Shown piece by piece: positions 1 to 33,820 of a DNA stretch of 64,000 nt. Origin of the DNA: the human T2T-CHM13v2.0 reference genome, Homo sapiens; NCBI RefSeq assembly GCF_009914755.1, contig NC_060944.1; one strand, 5' to 3'. Under the pieces are notes generated by a model that was not told where the DNA came from, did not search any database, and saw only the letters and a list, made by a program, of their open reading frames with translations. How positions within the stretch are numbered: position 1 is the stretch's first letter; each line of letters starts with the position of its first letter. Made by a program: the position numbers and the translations under genes.

Positions 1-270
1 TCCAGTGTGGGAGCTGCTAGGACACCAGCTGGTGGTTCCTCAAAGGACTGAACACAGTTGCACACGGCCCAGCAGCTCCACACCTGGTAGCTGCAGAGAG
101 AAGCGTAAACACGTCTCTGCACAGACACTCGTGGGTAAACACGCACGGCAGCGCCAGGCACCAGAGCCATCAGGCAGAAACAGCCCGAACGGCCATCCAG
201 GGTCGACTGGGGAGAGAAACGTGGTCCATCCACACAGTAGACATCAGTGGACAGGAGCGGCACTCTGTAC
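1..270 (+). mobile_element. Old L1 (L1M) 3' remnant, strongly GC-shifted
   Basis: GGTTCCTCAAAGGACTGAACACAGTT...CCCAGCAGCTCCACACCTGG...GTGGTCCATCCACACAG follows the L1M 3' consensus. Confidence 0.6.
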
Positions 271-916
271 AGGCAGGCTCTTGGAGGGGCTGCCCAGGGA
301 CCAGGGACCGGAGGCCTGGGATGTGCCATGGCCACTGGCCCCTCGCCAGTGTGGAGGGGGAGAGGGAGGAGCACGTGGATGCTGAGTGAGCCTGCAGAGC
401 CAGTTCAGGCGGGCAGGTGCCTGGGAGTCTTCAGGTGGAGGTCAGTAGAAGCAGGGTACTTCTTGGTGCTTATGGGCCACCCACACAGCCTGCCAACACC
501 AGCTGGACCTGTGCTCATGCACAGAGAGGTGGGGGCCTGTGTTTAGGGCCATCACATACCCAGGACACCCAGCCCTACACACTGACTCAGCCTGGGGCGG
601 GAGAGACAGCCCCGCAGCTGCCTCTGTCTTCAGCCCGGTCTGCCAGGAGCCTGAGTTACTAGGCAGGTCCAGGGCCTGACCCCCGTCCCCTAGGGTCTTC
701 ATTGATTCAAACCGCCAAGCAACACCTCAGCCACCTCCACCTATTGCCAGCCCAGTTTCACGAAAGGAAGGCTGAAAGGTGGGAGGATGGCAGTGCCACT
801 GAATCCCCTGGGCTGGCTGCCCCAGCTCCGGCAGGAAGATGCCCCAGCTGGGCCCCCATGTGCCTGTCCCCTGCCAGGAGGGGGAGGGGGAGGGGGTGGG
901 CCAGGTGAGGAGGTAA

Positions 917-1792
<876 letters not shown>

Positions 1793-2439
1793 CCCTTGTT
1801 ATCTGTATTTTACAGATGGGGAGGCTTGGTTGCAGGTGAAGTGTGGCCATGTCCTGCCAGCCCCCCGGAGCTGGTGAATCCCTGCCTTATCTGCAAGTGG
1901 CTTCTCCCCACACAGAAAGGCGAAAGGCGACCTCCGCCTGAGTGTTCCAGCAAAGGCCGACTGGCTCAGCTCCAATATGCCGAGCTCGGCAGAGCCTGGA
2001 CAGGGCTCCCCAGGCCCCGCAGGAGGCTGGCACAGGCCGCAGGCTGGCCTCCCTATCTCCACCAGGAATGCACTGAGCCCCTGCACCCCTGCCCACCCAG
2101 GTGGAGGAATGTGGCAGGGGCTGCTGGGAACTCGGAGCCTGGAGGAGGGCTTTTGAGGCCTCTGCCTCCTGGAATTCCCCAGGCCTGGCACCAGGCGGCT
2201 GCTCCCTCAGGATCCGCCTGCCTCGGCCTGCCCCCAGGCGGCCGTGCTCTCAGATTCTCCTCTTCCCAGGCTGTGGGGACCTGCAGAGGAACCGGGCCAT
2301 CTCAATTCCGCTCACTCTGTGAAAGTCCCCTGCTCAGAGAGGCCTTCCCTGGCCACCCTGCCCCTGGAGCCCCTTCATCCGGGCCATGGCCCTTCAGAGC
2401 CCCTCAACAGGCGCTGGTCAGACAGTCTGGCTGGACACT

Positions 2440-2565
2440 GACCTGAGGTGGGGCCGCTTGGCCCCCACTCCCAAGAGGCCAGAAGCACTTGCCCTCCAGT
2501 CGTGACAACCAAAAATATCTTCTGAGTAGCCCCATGTCCCGGGGCTGAATCTCCCCGGTGAGACT
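2440..2565 (+). mobile_element. MER20-like DNA transposon remnant
   Basis: GTGACAACCAAAAATATCT...ATGTCCC...CCCCGGTGAGA resembles the MER20 end. Confidence 0.6.
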
Positions 2566-2734
2566 CACAGCCCTACACCCTCCTGGGATGCCAGTTGTCC
2601 CGTCCTAGGCTGCGAGCTCCCTGGGCACAGGGCTGTCTGTTCCACGCACCAAGGAGCGCCTGTACCCAGCACGGGGCTTGGAAATGGCGGGTGGACATGA
2701 CGGGTGTTCTGTGCTCTACGGTTCCCGGCTTCTG

Positions 2735-3035
2735 ATTTGCAATTGTTCGGTAGAAACCGTACTTCCAGTGCCCACACAACCAATCTGTTTTTCTCCTTCT
2801 TATAGCATTGGACAAATTACGTGAGGCATTTGATGCATTATTATAAAGGAGGCTTCGTGGGGGATGACTTCGCCCAGCTGTAGGCTAATGGAAGTGTGCT
2901 GAGTGTGTATAAGGCAAGAAGGCTCAGCTGTGATGTTCCGTGGGTTAAGTGTATTAGAGCATTTCAGCTGTCGGTATTTCTAACCTACCACGGGTTTATC
3001 AGGACGTGGCCTCACGGAGGGTCGAGGAGCACCTG
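2735..3035 (-). mobile_element. MER6-like (TcMar-Tigger) remnant
   Basis: GTAGAAACCGTACTT...GCCCAGCTGTAGGCTAATG...GGGTTTATCAGGACGT...GTCGAGGAGCACCTG. Confidence 0.65.
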
Positions 3036-4442
3036 TGTTTGTGGAGTGAATGAATGAAATGAATCAATACTGGTTCTCATGTAGCCTTGTCATGCAGGCC
3101 TGGAGCTCAGATGGTTCCTGGCTCCTGGTGCAGGCTCCTGGGGACAGCAGTCAGGCAGGGGCTGCCCTGTGTCCTGGCCGGATGGTTGGGGAGCTGGTGG
3201 GCCTGGCCCATTCCTTGCCCAGTCTTGGCTCAGTGCCTCCCTGGCTGGGAGCCTGGGAGAGTCTTAGGGCTTCAAGTGCTGAGCAGGGACAATGGTGCCT
3301 CCCTGCTGGGTGGCCGTGAGGCCCCCTGAGGGGAGTGGGCAAAAGCACCCCGAGGCAGGGGCCCCAGGAAGCGCTGAGAGGTGGTGGCGCTGTGGGAGGG
3401 AGGTGGGGGCCGCGGCTCTGCCTGACTCCCAGGCCGGGTGCCAGGTTCTTGGCAGGAACCCTCCTGGGCCCTGCCAGTTGCTGGGCGCCTCCCACCAGCA
3501 TGGCCGGTTGAGAGGTCTGCATGGCACGCAGTGGCCGGCCCGGGGGTGCAACCCCATCCCCTCTCTGGGGTCCCTTTGCAGGGCAGCCTTAGGATCCATT
3601 CACTGTGGCCCCAGGGCCCAGGGCGACCTGTGACCCTGCGGAGCCACCTGCAGGAGTCCCAGCAGATGAGGGCCTCTGGCTGCCCCTCAGGGGCTTGTTG
3701 GGTCCCACAAGAACTTCCAGGGCCTCGGAGCTCCAGCCGGGCCACAGAGCTGGGAACCTTGAGTGGCTGGGAACCCTGAGGAGCTGGGAGAGCCAGGCTG
3801 AGCAAGACAAGCCTGGGCGACTCACCTGGGGCAGGAATGTGGATTCCATCACTCCGCAGAGGCTTTCAAGCAAAACACAGCCTCGTCTCTGGGCCTGTTT
3901 CTGCCGTGCGGGCACGTCCAGCCCGACGCTCTCAGAAGCAGCTGGGATGGGCTCGGGGAGGTGGGGGTGGAGCAGGAGTCCCAGCCGCCTTCCTCTGGGG
4001 CCCATCCCAGGCTCCCGGCTGGGCGCCAGCAGGGCTCCAGAAATGAGGGGGCCTCACACCGTTGCCTCTGGACGTGCCGTGCCCGAAATCCCGCCATTCC
4101 CACTGGGCATGCCGGGCCCTCGAATCCTCCATGACTCCAGGGAAGCGACTCCGTCCCGCTTGGCCTCAGTCACTGCTCTGTCAATGGGATGATAACTGCC
4201 CTTCCCGCAGGCTGCCATGGGGTCTCTGCGTGGCCCCAGCAGGTGCCAGGCTGCTGGTCAGGACCCCTCGTGGGCCTCCCAGGAGGTGGCTCCTCTCAGG
4301 TCACAGTTCACAGGTGGAAGGATGGAGCCTGCTGATGATGGCTCTCCAGGCCCTGCTGTCCTGCCCTGGCACTGGGGAACTTGTTCCATGGAGCCCTGCA
4401 TCCGGCCGGCCACTCCCTTCCCATGCCTGCTTGCTGGCTTAG

Positions 4443-4984
<542 letters not shown>

Positions 4985-5324
4985 CAGAGGTGGCCCATTT
5001 TCAGTAGGAAAACAGCAGCAAAAGTAAAAGTTAGTTTTTCTCTGTGTCTGCAGGTGCACCCCGTGTGGACGCGACACTGCCTTTGCATAGTGCACCCCTC
5101 ACGGTGTCCCTGGCAGTCCCTTTCCCTGTGGATCCTCCCCTCCACCCACGGTGAAGGAGGAACGGTCCTGCCTCCAAATGGGAAAACTGAGGCTCAGGGA
5201 GGAGAAGGGCCGGGTGTGTGTGGAGGTGGCACCAGAAACAGGCCTGATTCCCAGGTCTCTGCCTTAATTACGGTGCTGCCCTGGCTCCGGAATGCTGGGG
5301 CCTGGGGTCAGAAGTTGGCCTGGA

Positions 5325-6168
<844 letters not shown>

Positions 6169-7509
6169 TCAGGATACAGGCCCACAGGTCCCGGGTGGGG
6201 ACAGACCCCAGTCTCTGCCCCAGGTGGGCCTGGTCCTGGAGGCAGAGTGGGCCTTGCTTCTGGTCTCCCCTTCAGCTTCCTTTCTTTGAACCAGTTTGGC
6301 TGAGCTGGCCTGGCGCCTGGCCAGCGTGGGAGCCCTTGGTGTGTCCACTGGGATGGAAGTGCCTCTTTTCCTGTCATTTGGCTCAGATTTCAGCCAGCCC
6401 CCAGGAGGTGTGGGGAGAGGACTTCTCCGGGTCTCCCTGCTGGGTCAGCCTGTACTCCAGGGAGACTCACGGTGGGACCCAGTACCCAGTGCCCAGGCCC
6501 GGCCAGCCCAGCCCCTCTGCCTGTCTTCACCATGTCCTGGAAAGGGGCATGAGGAGCCTCTGGGGAGGGGGGTGGGGAAGGTACCCTGGACCCCCAGGCT
6601 CTGACCCAGTGCCTGCCGTGACCACAGGGGTGGGACCTTCAGGATCTGGGCACTTTCTCATAGGTAGGTTCTCCCTCAATGTAAAAATTCTAAAGTCTCA
6701 TCAAGTAAAATAAATTCAAAAAACAAAATAGTAAAGTGAGTTAAAGTAAAACTGAATGGCACGAAATGGAAAGATGCGCTGGCCCAACACTCCCAGGGTC
6801 CCTGTGACAAATGCCGTGACAGTCTCCAGGGCTCCCGGGCAGCTGGGCCTCCCCCTCACGTTGGTGACCTCACTTAAGCCTCTGCAAACCTGGGGCGGGG
6901 CTGTTACTGCCTCTGTCTCTCCAAGACGAGAGGATGTCGAGTCATGGCTTAGGAGGCAGTGCCCCAGGAATCCCCTGACAGCTCATGGCCAGGTCCGTGT
7001 TCTCCCCACACCCCATAAGTCCCACTCTGAGGCTGGCTATCGTAGCCTTCACCCAAGAGCGGGTTCTATCTGGGGCAGGAGTGGGGGCTGGTGGCTGTAG
7101 CTCAGTGTCGGGCTCGCTGCAGGAGAAGGCCCATCCCACGGCCCTGACCTGCCACTCACCCGGACACCCACCTCCCTGGCCTGGAAGGAGGATTTCCTTG
7201 TTCTGGGCTTGTTCCCTTCTACACACAATGCATTTGGGGCTGGCCTGGGCCCTGCTTGGCCCAGAAACAGCTGCTCTGGGAAGGAGGAGGGAGGCTCTTC
7301 TCCCAGCCCGCACCACAGCATGTCTGAGAACATGTTTACCTGCCTGTGAGGTGAGCCTGAAGGAGGGGCTGGAGAGCAGAGCCAGGGCTGTTGTGCACAG
7401 ATACCTGCCCAGGCATCCTGAATAGGGGCCCGTGTGAGATTGGGGTGGCTATAGTGTGGCCTCCTGAGTCAACAGCCCCAAATCCAGACCTAGTCTTGTG
7501 ATCTTGGGC

Positions 7510-8850
7510 ATAATAACGATGACAATGATGGTGGTGACGATGGTGGTTATGATGATGATGGTGACAATGACAATGTTGATAATGGTGATGATGGTGATGA
7601 TGGTGACAGTGTGTTGGTGGTGATGGTGGTTGTGATGGTGACGATGATGGTGGATATGACGGTGATAGTGAAGATGATGGTGAAGATGATGATGATGGTG
7701 ATGACAATGGTGGTGACGATGATACTGACAGTGATGATGGTGATAGACAATCATGACAATAATGATAGTGATGATGATGGTGGTGATGATAGTGGTGATG
7801 GTGATGATGGTGGTGGTGATGATAGTGATGGTGATATTGATGATGTGATGATGATGGTGGTGGTGGTGGCGATGGTGATGATGGTATTGACGATGATGAT
7901 GACGGTGGTGATGGTGGTGGTGATGGTGATGATGGTGGTGGTGGTGATGGTGATGGTGGTGATGATGGTGGTGGTGATGGTGATGGTGACGATGGTGGTG
8001 ATGGTGGTGGTGGTGATGGTGACGATGGTGGTGATGGTGGTGGTGGTGATGGTGGTGATGATGGTGATGGTGGTGATGGTGATGCTGATGGTGGTGGTGA
8101 TGATGGTGATGGTGAGGATGGTGGTGACGGTGGTCATGATGGTGATGATGGTGGTGATGATGATGGTGATGGTGGTGGTGATGATGGTGATGGTAGTGAT
8201 GATGGAGGTGACGGTGATGGTGATAGTGATGGTGGTGATGATGGTGGTGGTGGTGGTGATGGTGATGGTGGTGATGGTGATGCTGGTGGTGATGGTGATG
8301 GTGGTGGTGATGGTGATGATGATGGTGATGGTGGTGATGATGATGGTGATGGTAGTGATGATGGTGGTGATGGTGATGATGGTGATGGTAGTGATGATGG
8401 TGGTGGTGGTGATGGTGGTCATGATGGTGATGGTGGTGATGGTGGTGACGGTGGTGGTGGTGATGGTGACGGTGGTCATGGTGGTGGTGATGGTGATGGT
8501 GGTGATGGTGGTGGTGATGGTGATGATGATGGTGGCAATGGTGATGATGTGATGATGGTGGTGGTGATGATAGTGATGGCGATGATGTGATGATGGTGGT
8601 GGTGGTGGTGATGGCGATGGTGATGATGGTGGTGATGATAGTGATGGCGATGATGTGATGATGGTGGTGGTGATGATAGTGATGGCGATGATGTGATGGT
8701 GGTGGTGATAGTGATGGCGATGATGTGATGATGGTGGTGGTGGTGATGATAGTGATGGCGATGGTGATGGTGGTGGTGATGATAGTGATGGCGATGGTGG
8801 TGATGGTGACAATGATGGTAGTAGCAATGATGATGGTGATGATGGTGAGT
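7510..8850. repeat. ~1.3 kb mixed (GGT/GAT)n trinucleotide repeat
   Basis: Direct reading; source of the poly-His, poly-Thr/Ile and poly-Val/Met ORFs. Confidence 0.98.
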
Positions 8851-9808
8851 GTTAGTATGCTGGGTGCCACACCTTTTTCTGAGCACTGGACAGGCATTGG
8901 TTTGTTGAAAGCAGCCAACTGCAGCACGGCTGGGTGGCTCCATGACAGTCGCTTTACTTTACAGCTAGAGGGAGAAGCAGCTAAGGAATTTGTGCCAGGT
9001 CACACTGCTAAAGAGGCACAAACCTGGGGTGACACTGGCAGTCAAAGTTATATATAGCAATTGCGGGGCAGAAGCAGGTGTGAGTGTGCTCTCAGGTGGA
9101 TGCAGGGGCACTCAGAGACCCTGACTGGGATCACCCTGCAAAGGCAGCAACTGCTCTGAGCCGCTGGGGGCTGCTCTAGGATTCTGCAAAAAAGGCTCAG
9201 GCCGACGGTGTCTTCGAGTGCTAGGTCCTCCTGCCTCCTCAATCCCTCCTTCACACCTGCCCTCTGGCCCTTTCCCACGAGACCCACTGGAGGCCCAGTA
9301 AACAACTTACTGTACAGACAGCGGGTGGAGGGATGGAGGGGAGGGGCTCAGCTCCCTTCAGCCAGCCCCGTCCCTGCTCCAGCACTGCTCTCAGACACCA
9401 CCTAGTGGCTTCTGGGGACAGTGCTGGTGGCCCCAAGCCTCCTGACAGGTAAGCAGTGCCACCTCCTCTGCAGGCCCCTGGAGGCTCTCCTGATGGAGCG
9501 ACCCAGACGGCTTCCCTCGGGAGGACACTCCCCTCTCTGTTTTGGGGGTCTGCGATTTTGTACAGAAGGTTTTCTTAAAGAAGTGCTCATCCAGATTTCG
9601 TGGGCTCAGGAGATTTAGGTTGCAGAGGTTTCCCTTGAAGAACTCAGCCTTGGAGACCCGGCGCCCAGAGAGCGGACTTCAAGCTTTGTGTGAGTGAGTG
9701 CGTCCTAGAGTCTTGCCAAATAGCACCTATAGTCTCTGTAAAATTTTTGAGCTATAATTGATGCAAAATAAAATCCACTTTTTAAAGGATACAATTTGAC
9801 GTTTTGAC

Positions 9809-11175
<1,367 letters not shown>

Positions 11176-11324
11176 TCTAATCTGCTTTTTTTGATGTGTC
11201 TTTGTCTGATTTGGGTATCAGGATAATACCGGCCTCATAAAATGATTGGAAGCATTCCCTCCTCCTCTATTTTTTGGAATAGTTTCAGTAGGATTGGTAT
11301 TAGTTCTTTAAAAAATGTTTGGTA

Positions 11325-12613
<1,289 letters not shown>

Positions 12614-13600
12614 ACTGAGTCTTAAGTTTTCTGAGGCTAGTTCTACATCCTAGGATCATGTCCCCCGCCCAGAGAAGACCCCAACATAGGCCGCGCTGCT
12701 CCCTCCGTCTACCGGTTTGGAGCTTCTCCTGGCAACAGGGTTCAGGCTACTAACAAGGCCTTCCTCAAGACCCCACCCATAACCAACGACCATACTTCGT
12801 GGGTCCATCTTTGTAACATCTTTACTTCCTTGGAGCAAATTCCCAGGAATGGGTTTTCGGGGTCCAAGGGTATGCACCTCTAGCACTACGACAAACGCGG
12901 CCAACACGCTTCAGGGAAACGGTGCCCCAGTTTGCATTCTGCTTCCCCTGCCCTGCCCTGGGGGTCTGACTGGTGAAACATGGGATGGCAGAGTGGTCGG
13001 GTGTTTCAGATTCCACGGTGGGCCGGGGTCTTTTCCTACCCTCGGGAGCCGTCTGAATTTCTCCTCTGCCGAGTTCCTGCGGGTGTCCTTCGCCCACCGG
13101 CCCGGGGGAGTGAGTAGCAGGCACCAGGTGAGCAGGCCTCCGCTCGCAGCGGCTACGTGCACGGGCAGGAGCACCGCCCCACGCCCCAGGTGGCCGCAGG
13201 GTGAGGGGACCGGAGGGCGGGAGGCGCACAATGGGGGGCACGCCCGTATCTCTAGCCCGGCCGGCAGCGGGCAGCGAGGCTCAGTCCTCGCCCCTTCTCC
13301 CAGCTGCTATTCGGGGCTCCCGAGGCGCTCAGAGGGGTCGACTGCGTCCGTGGGGCACAACCCAGGGGCCAGGCTAAGACGCCACACACGGCAACGACCC
13401 TCAACGACAACGACCCCCACGACGCCCCGCGCCCCAGGGCCAGCAGGCTGGGGTCCGAGAACCTCCTTGCCGGAAGCGGAAGTGCGTCACGGCGACGGCC
13501 GGCAAGCACGCACCGCGCAGACTCGCTGTGGTGGCGTGACCCGGAAGCGCTCGCCGAGGCCCCTCCTTGCCCGCCGATATCTCTGCCGGGTGACTAGCTG

Positions 13601-13637
13601 CTTCCTTTCTCTCTCGCGCGCGGTGTGGTGGCAGCAG
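13601..13637 (+). other. RPS21: RPS21 non-coding exon 1 with TCT initiator / 5'TOP tract
   Basis: Pyrimidine run CTTCCTTTCTCTCTC (13601-13615) typical of ribosomal-protein gene starts; donor CAG|GTGTGG after 13637; exon 2 acceptor CCCCAG| ends at 13821. Confidence 0.9.
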
Positions 13638-13839
13638 GTGTGGCGCGCGGCGCGGGCTTCGGGCTCAGGGCTGGGGCTGGGGCGGGAGTGGGGGCTTGGA
13701 CGCGGGGGACGGGGTGCGGGGTGCTGGGTGCGGCTGGGGCCGTGACCCTAGGGGCCGGTTTGCGCCGGGAGCCGGGGCACGGTTCCGGCCGTACTCACGG
13801 CGCCGCGCGGTGACTCCCCAGGCGCAGCCCAGCCTCGAA

Positions 13840-14967
<1,128 letters not shown>

Positions 14968-15002
14968 CTGGAGAGAATCACAGATGTGGAATATTTGTCA
15001 TA

Positions 15003-15008
15003 AATAAA
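15003..15008 (+). terminator. RPS21: RPS21 polyadenylation signal AATAAA
   Basis: AATAAA ~35 nt after the stop codon, with GT-rich sequence downstream. Confidence 0.9.
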
Positions 15009-15129
15009 TAATGAAAACCTACCTGTGCAGGTTCATTCTGTGTCTGTAGGCCCAGGGTTGAGGTTTTGCTGTCAGTGGGTGACGGGTGGGGTAGGGTACC
15101 CAGTTAGTTGAAAGGAGACAAGCTGTGAA

Positions 15130-17471
15130 ACATATTGCAAAACTGAGGTTTAAAGGACAAATACATTATCCATTTAAAAACAGATATCTAAGACAAAATA
15201 ACTCAAACATTCTGAGGTCTGATACTTGCTTATGCACACTGACATCCACAACTGCTACCGGTGCGGAAGCAACGCCAGGCCTGGTTCTGTATAGTCACAG
15301 CCGAGCTGAACACCTTAGCTCCGACACCTGGATGTGTTCTAGAGAATGACAGGCTGAGACTGTAGTTTGGTTTAACTACTGGCTTTGTTGCAATAATCCT
15401 CGAATACCACACAGTGGCAGCTTTTGGCATCATAAAAATGGGACATAACTGAAGGGAAGGCTTCACACATCACAAAGACCGGGTTGGTTAATGACTAAAT
15501 CTCACTACATGAATACGCAATCTTAAATTACTGTGCTTATCAGCCATTTCTCGCATTCATGTGTAGGAAAAACCATGGAGACGTGTCCCTGGAGGGCAGG
15601 TTGTAAACTGCAACAGTTACTAGGAAGTCAGTCCTTTACATGCTCGTAACATGGGCGAGCTCTTGAGATGGGATCTGGGTGGCAGGAGAGGTTGCTTTTC
15701 AGAGGAAAGCTGCCTGGGACCCAGCATGGTGGAGCAGCTTTGAAGCTGAGTCCCCTCTGGGTGCATACTGGGTTCCAGGGGATGATCCTTGGCTTGAGGG
15801 CAGGCTGCTTGATGGAAGGGGACGCTCCACAATAAGAAAGAACAAAGGCTTTGGTTTGTCCTCATCCTCCAGTCTGTCCCACACACCTGCCATCTCTGGG
15901 TTTTGGTGGCCCCAGTGAGTGGCTGTGGAAAAGGAGGAGGGCCAGGTGGGTGCTGGCAGCTGTCCTGCACCACTGCTGGGGTCGGGTGGAGTTGCTGGTG
16001 GAGTTCTGTGATAGCAGAATTGGCATCTCCTTTCTGCGGAAGCACCAGTCTGCACAGAAAGCATAGGATGTATTGTATTAATGGGCTAGAGACAAAGTCG
16101 TCCCAGAGCCCCTCCAGGGCCAGGCAGGTTTATAAGGTAGTGGTAGGAAAAAGCTTGGTGGCTGAGGCAGTGGCCAGTTTTGAGACCAGCTGACCCCCCA
16201 TGAAGAAAAACTCAGCAGTCCTTGGTTATTCAGTGTTTTTGATGAGGCAGCTAGCTGGAGCGCTGGACCATGCAGAATTTGTTGCAAGAACTTCAGACAG
16301 ACGTGGAAAAACTAGAGATGGGGCCCTGCTGGCCTGCACAGAAGGGACAACGACCACCATTTGGGGTCCTTTTAGCATGGTGGGCTGCCCTGGCCGAGGT
16401 GGCCAAGATGGCACCTGTTTCCTGCCTCAGAAGAAAAGGCACTGACGCACTGACCCTTTGAGGTTGTGTGGGGTGTGGTCAGTGCCCTCCTGCCTGAGGG
16501 TCAAGTGTGTTTTCAAGTCAACTTCAGCAGACCTCATTTAACCATTTTTTGTTCCCTTAAAAAAAAAAGACCCAAAAAACCAAATCCCAATAAATATGTT
16601 ATTTTTCTCCATCACAATATTGCTTAGAAAAATAAGAGCCGGCAAGCAGCAATTGTCCTGGAGGCCCAGAGTGTCTCCTGGTGAGAGGCAGAGGGTAGAG
16701 CATGGCATGGGATGGGCAGCTGTCTGTTGTGCCGTCGGTCTGTAGGACACAGGGGCGTTAGGATTTCACAGTGACACGATGCTTGAAGAACAGAGAGGTC
16801 CAAGAGTCCAAGAATGAGATCAAAATAAATCAGGAGACTGCTCCCGCTGGCCTAACTGGACACCAAAAGCTCCACTTGGGATGCAGTGAGGTGGGCGGAG
16901 AAAGCTCTGGAGGAGCTCGGCTTCAGGTGGCAGGGAGCCAGCGGCACAGTTGGTGTCGGGAGATGCTGCTGGGGAACCCGAAAAACCACATCTCCAAGAT
17001 GAATGCCTAAATAAGTTAAACTCAGCCATTCCAGTGTGTTCAGTGAGGTCTAGAAACCCAGATCTCCACCCTGACGCTGTGGTGGCTGCGGTGGTTTGCA
17101 GAAGGCGAGGCCAGGGGAGACACACTGCAGCCGGCTCGCTGCTGCACGCTGTGAACAAAAGGTCCTGGTACCAGGCTGGTCTCAGGCACGTGAAAAAAAT
17201 ACCAGTAACAAACCTCACATTTAGTTTATGTAAAAATGCAGGAGAATTCTCAGAAATCCCCTCGGAGGGACGGTGCACTTGGGGATGAAAGCGACGTCTC
17301 TTTCCAAGGAAATGGCAAAGAGGCAAAAAGGAAAGCTGCACCAGCGGAGGCCAGGTGCCTCCTGCTAGCAGGTGCTGGGGGTGCTGGCAGGAGGAGGCGC
17401 GGGGCTTCAGTGGGACACCTCCCAGGCCGGCAAGTGCACCTCGGTGCCCTGAGCCTTCTGTGGGGCCTCTG
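15130..17471 (-). other. CABLES2: Probable CABLES2 3'UTR (~2.3 kb); 3' end approximate
   Basis: Repeat-free, more AT-rich sequence between the CABLES2 stop and the RPS21 3' end. The end point rests on my recollection of the annotation, not on a canonical signal. Confidence 0.6.

Positions 17472-33820
<16,349 letters not shown>

Noticed and set aside
7449-8927. 492-aa poly-His ORF and overlapping poly-Thr/Ile and Val/Met ORFs
   Set aside because: Artefact of a trinucleotide repeat that lacks stop codons on one strand; no promoter, splice or domain support.
12849-13745. 298-aa ORF across the RPS21 promoter
   Set aside because: CpG-island stop-codon depletion; runs through the TSS and into intron 1; no recognisable protein.
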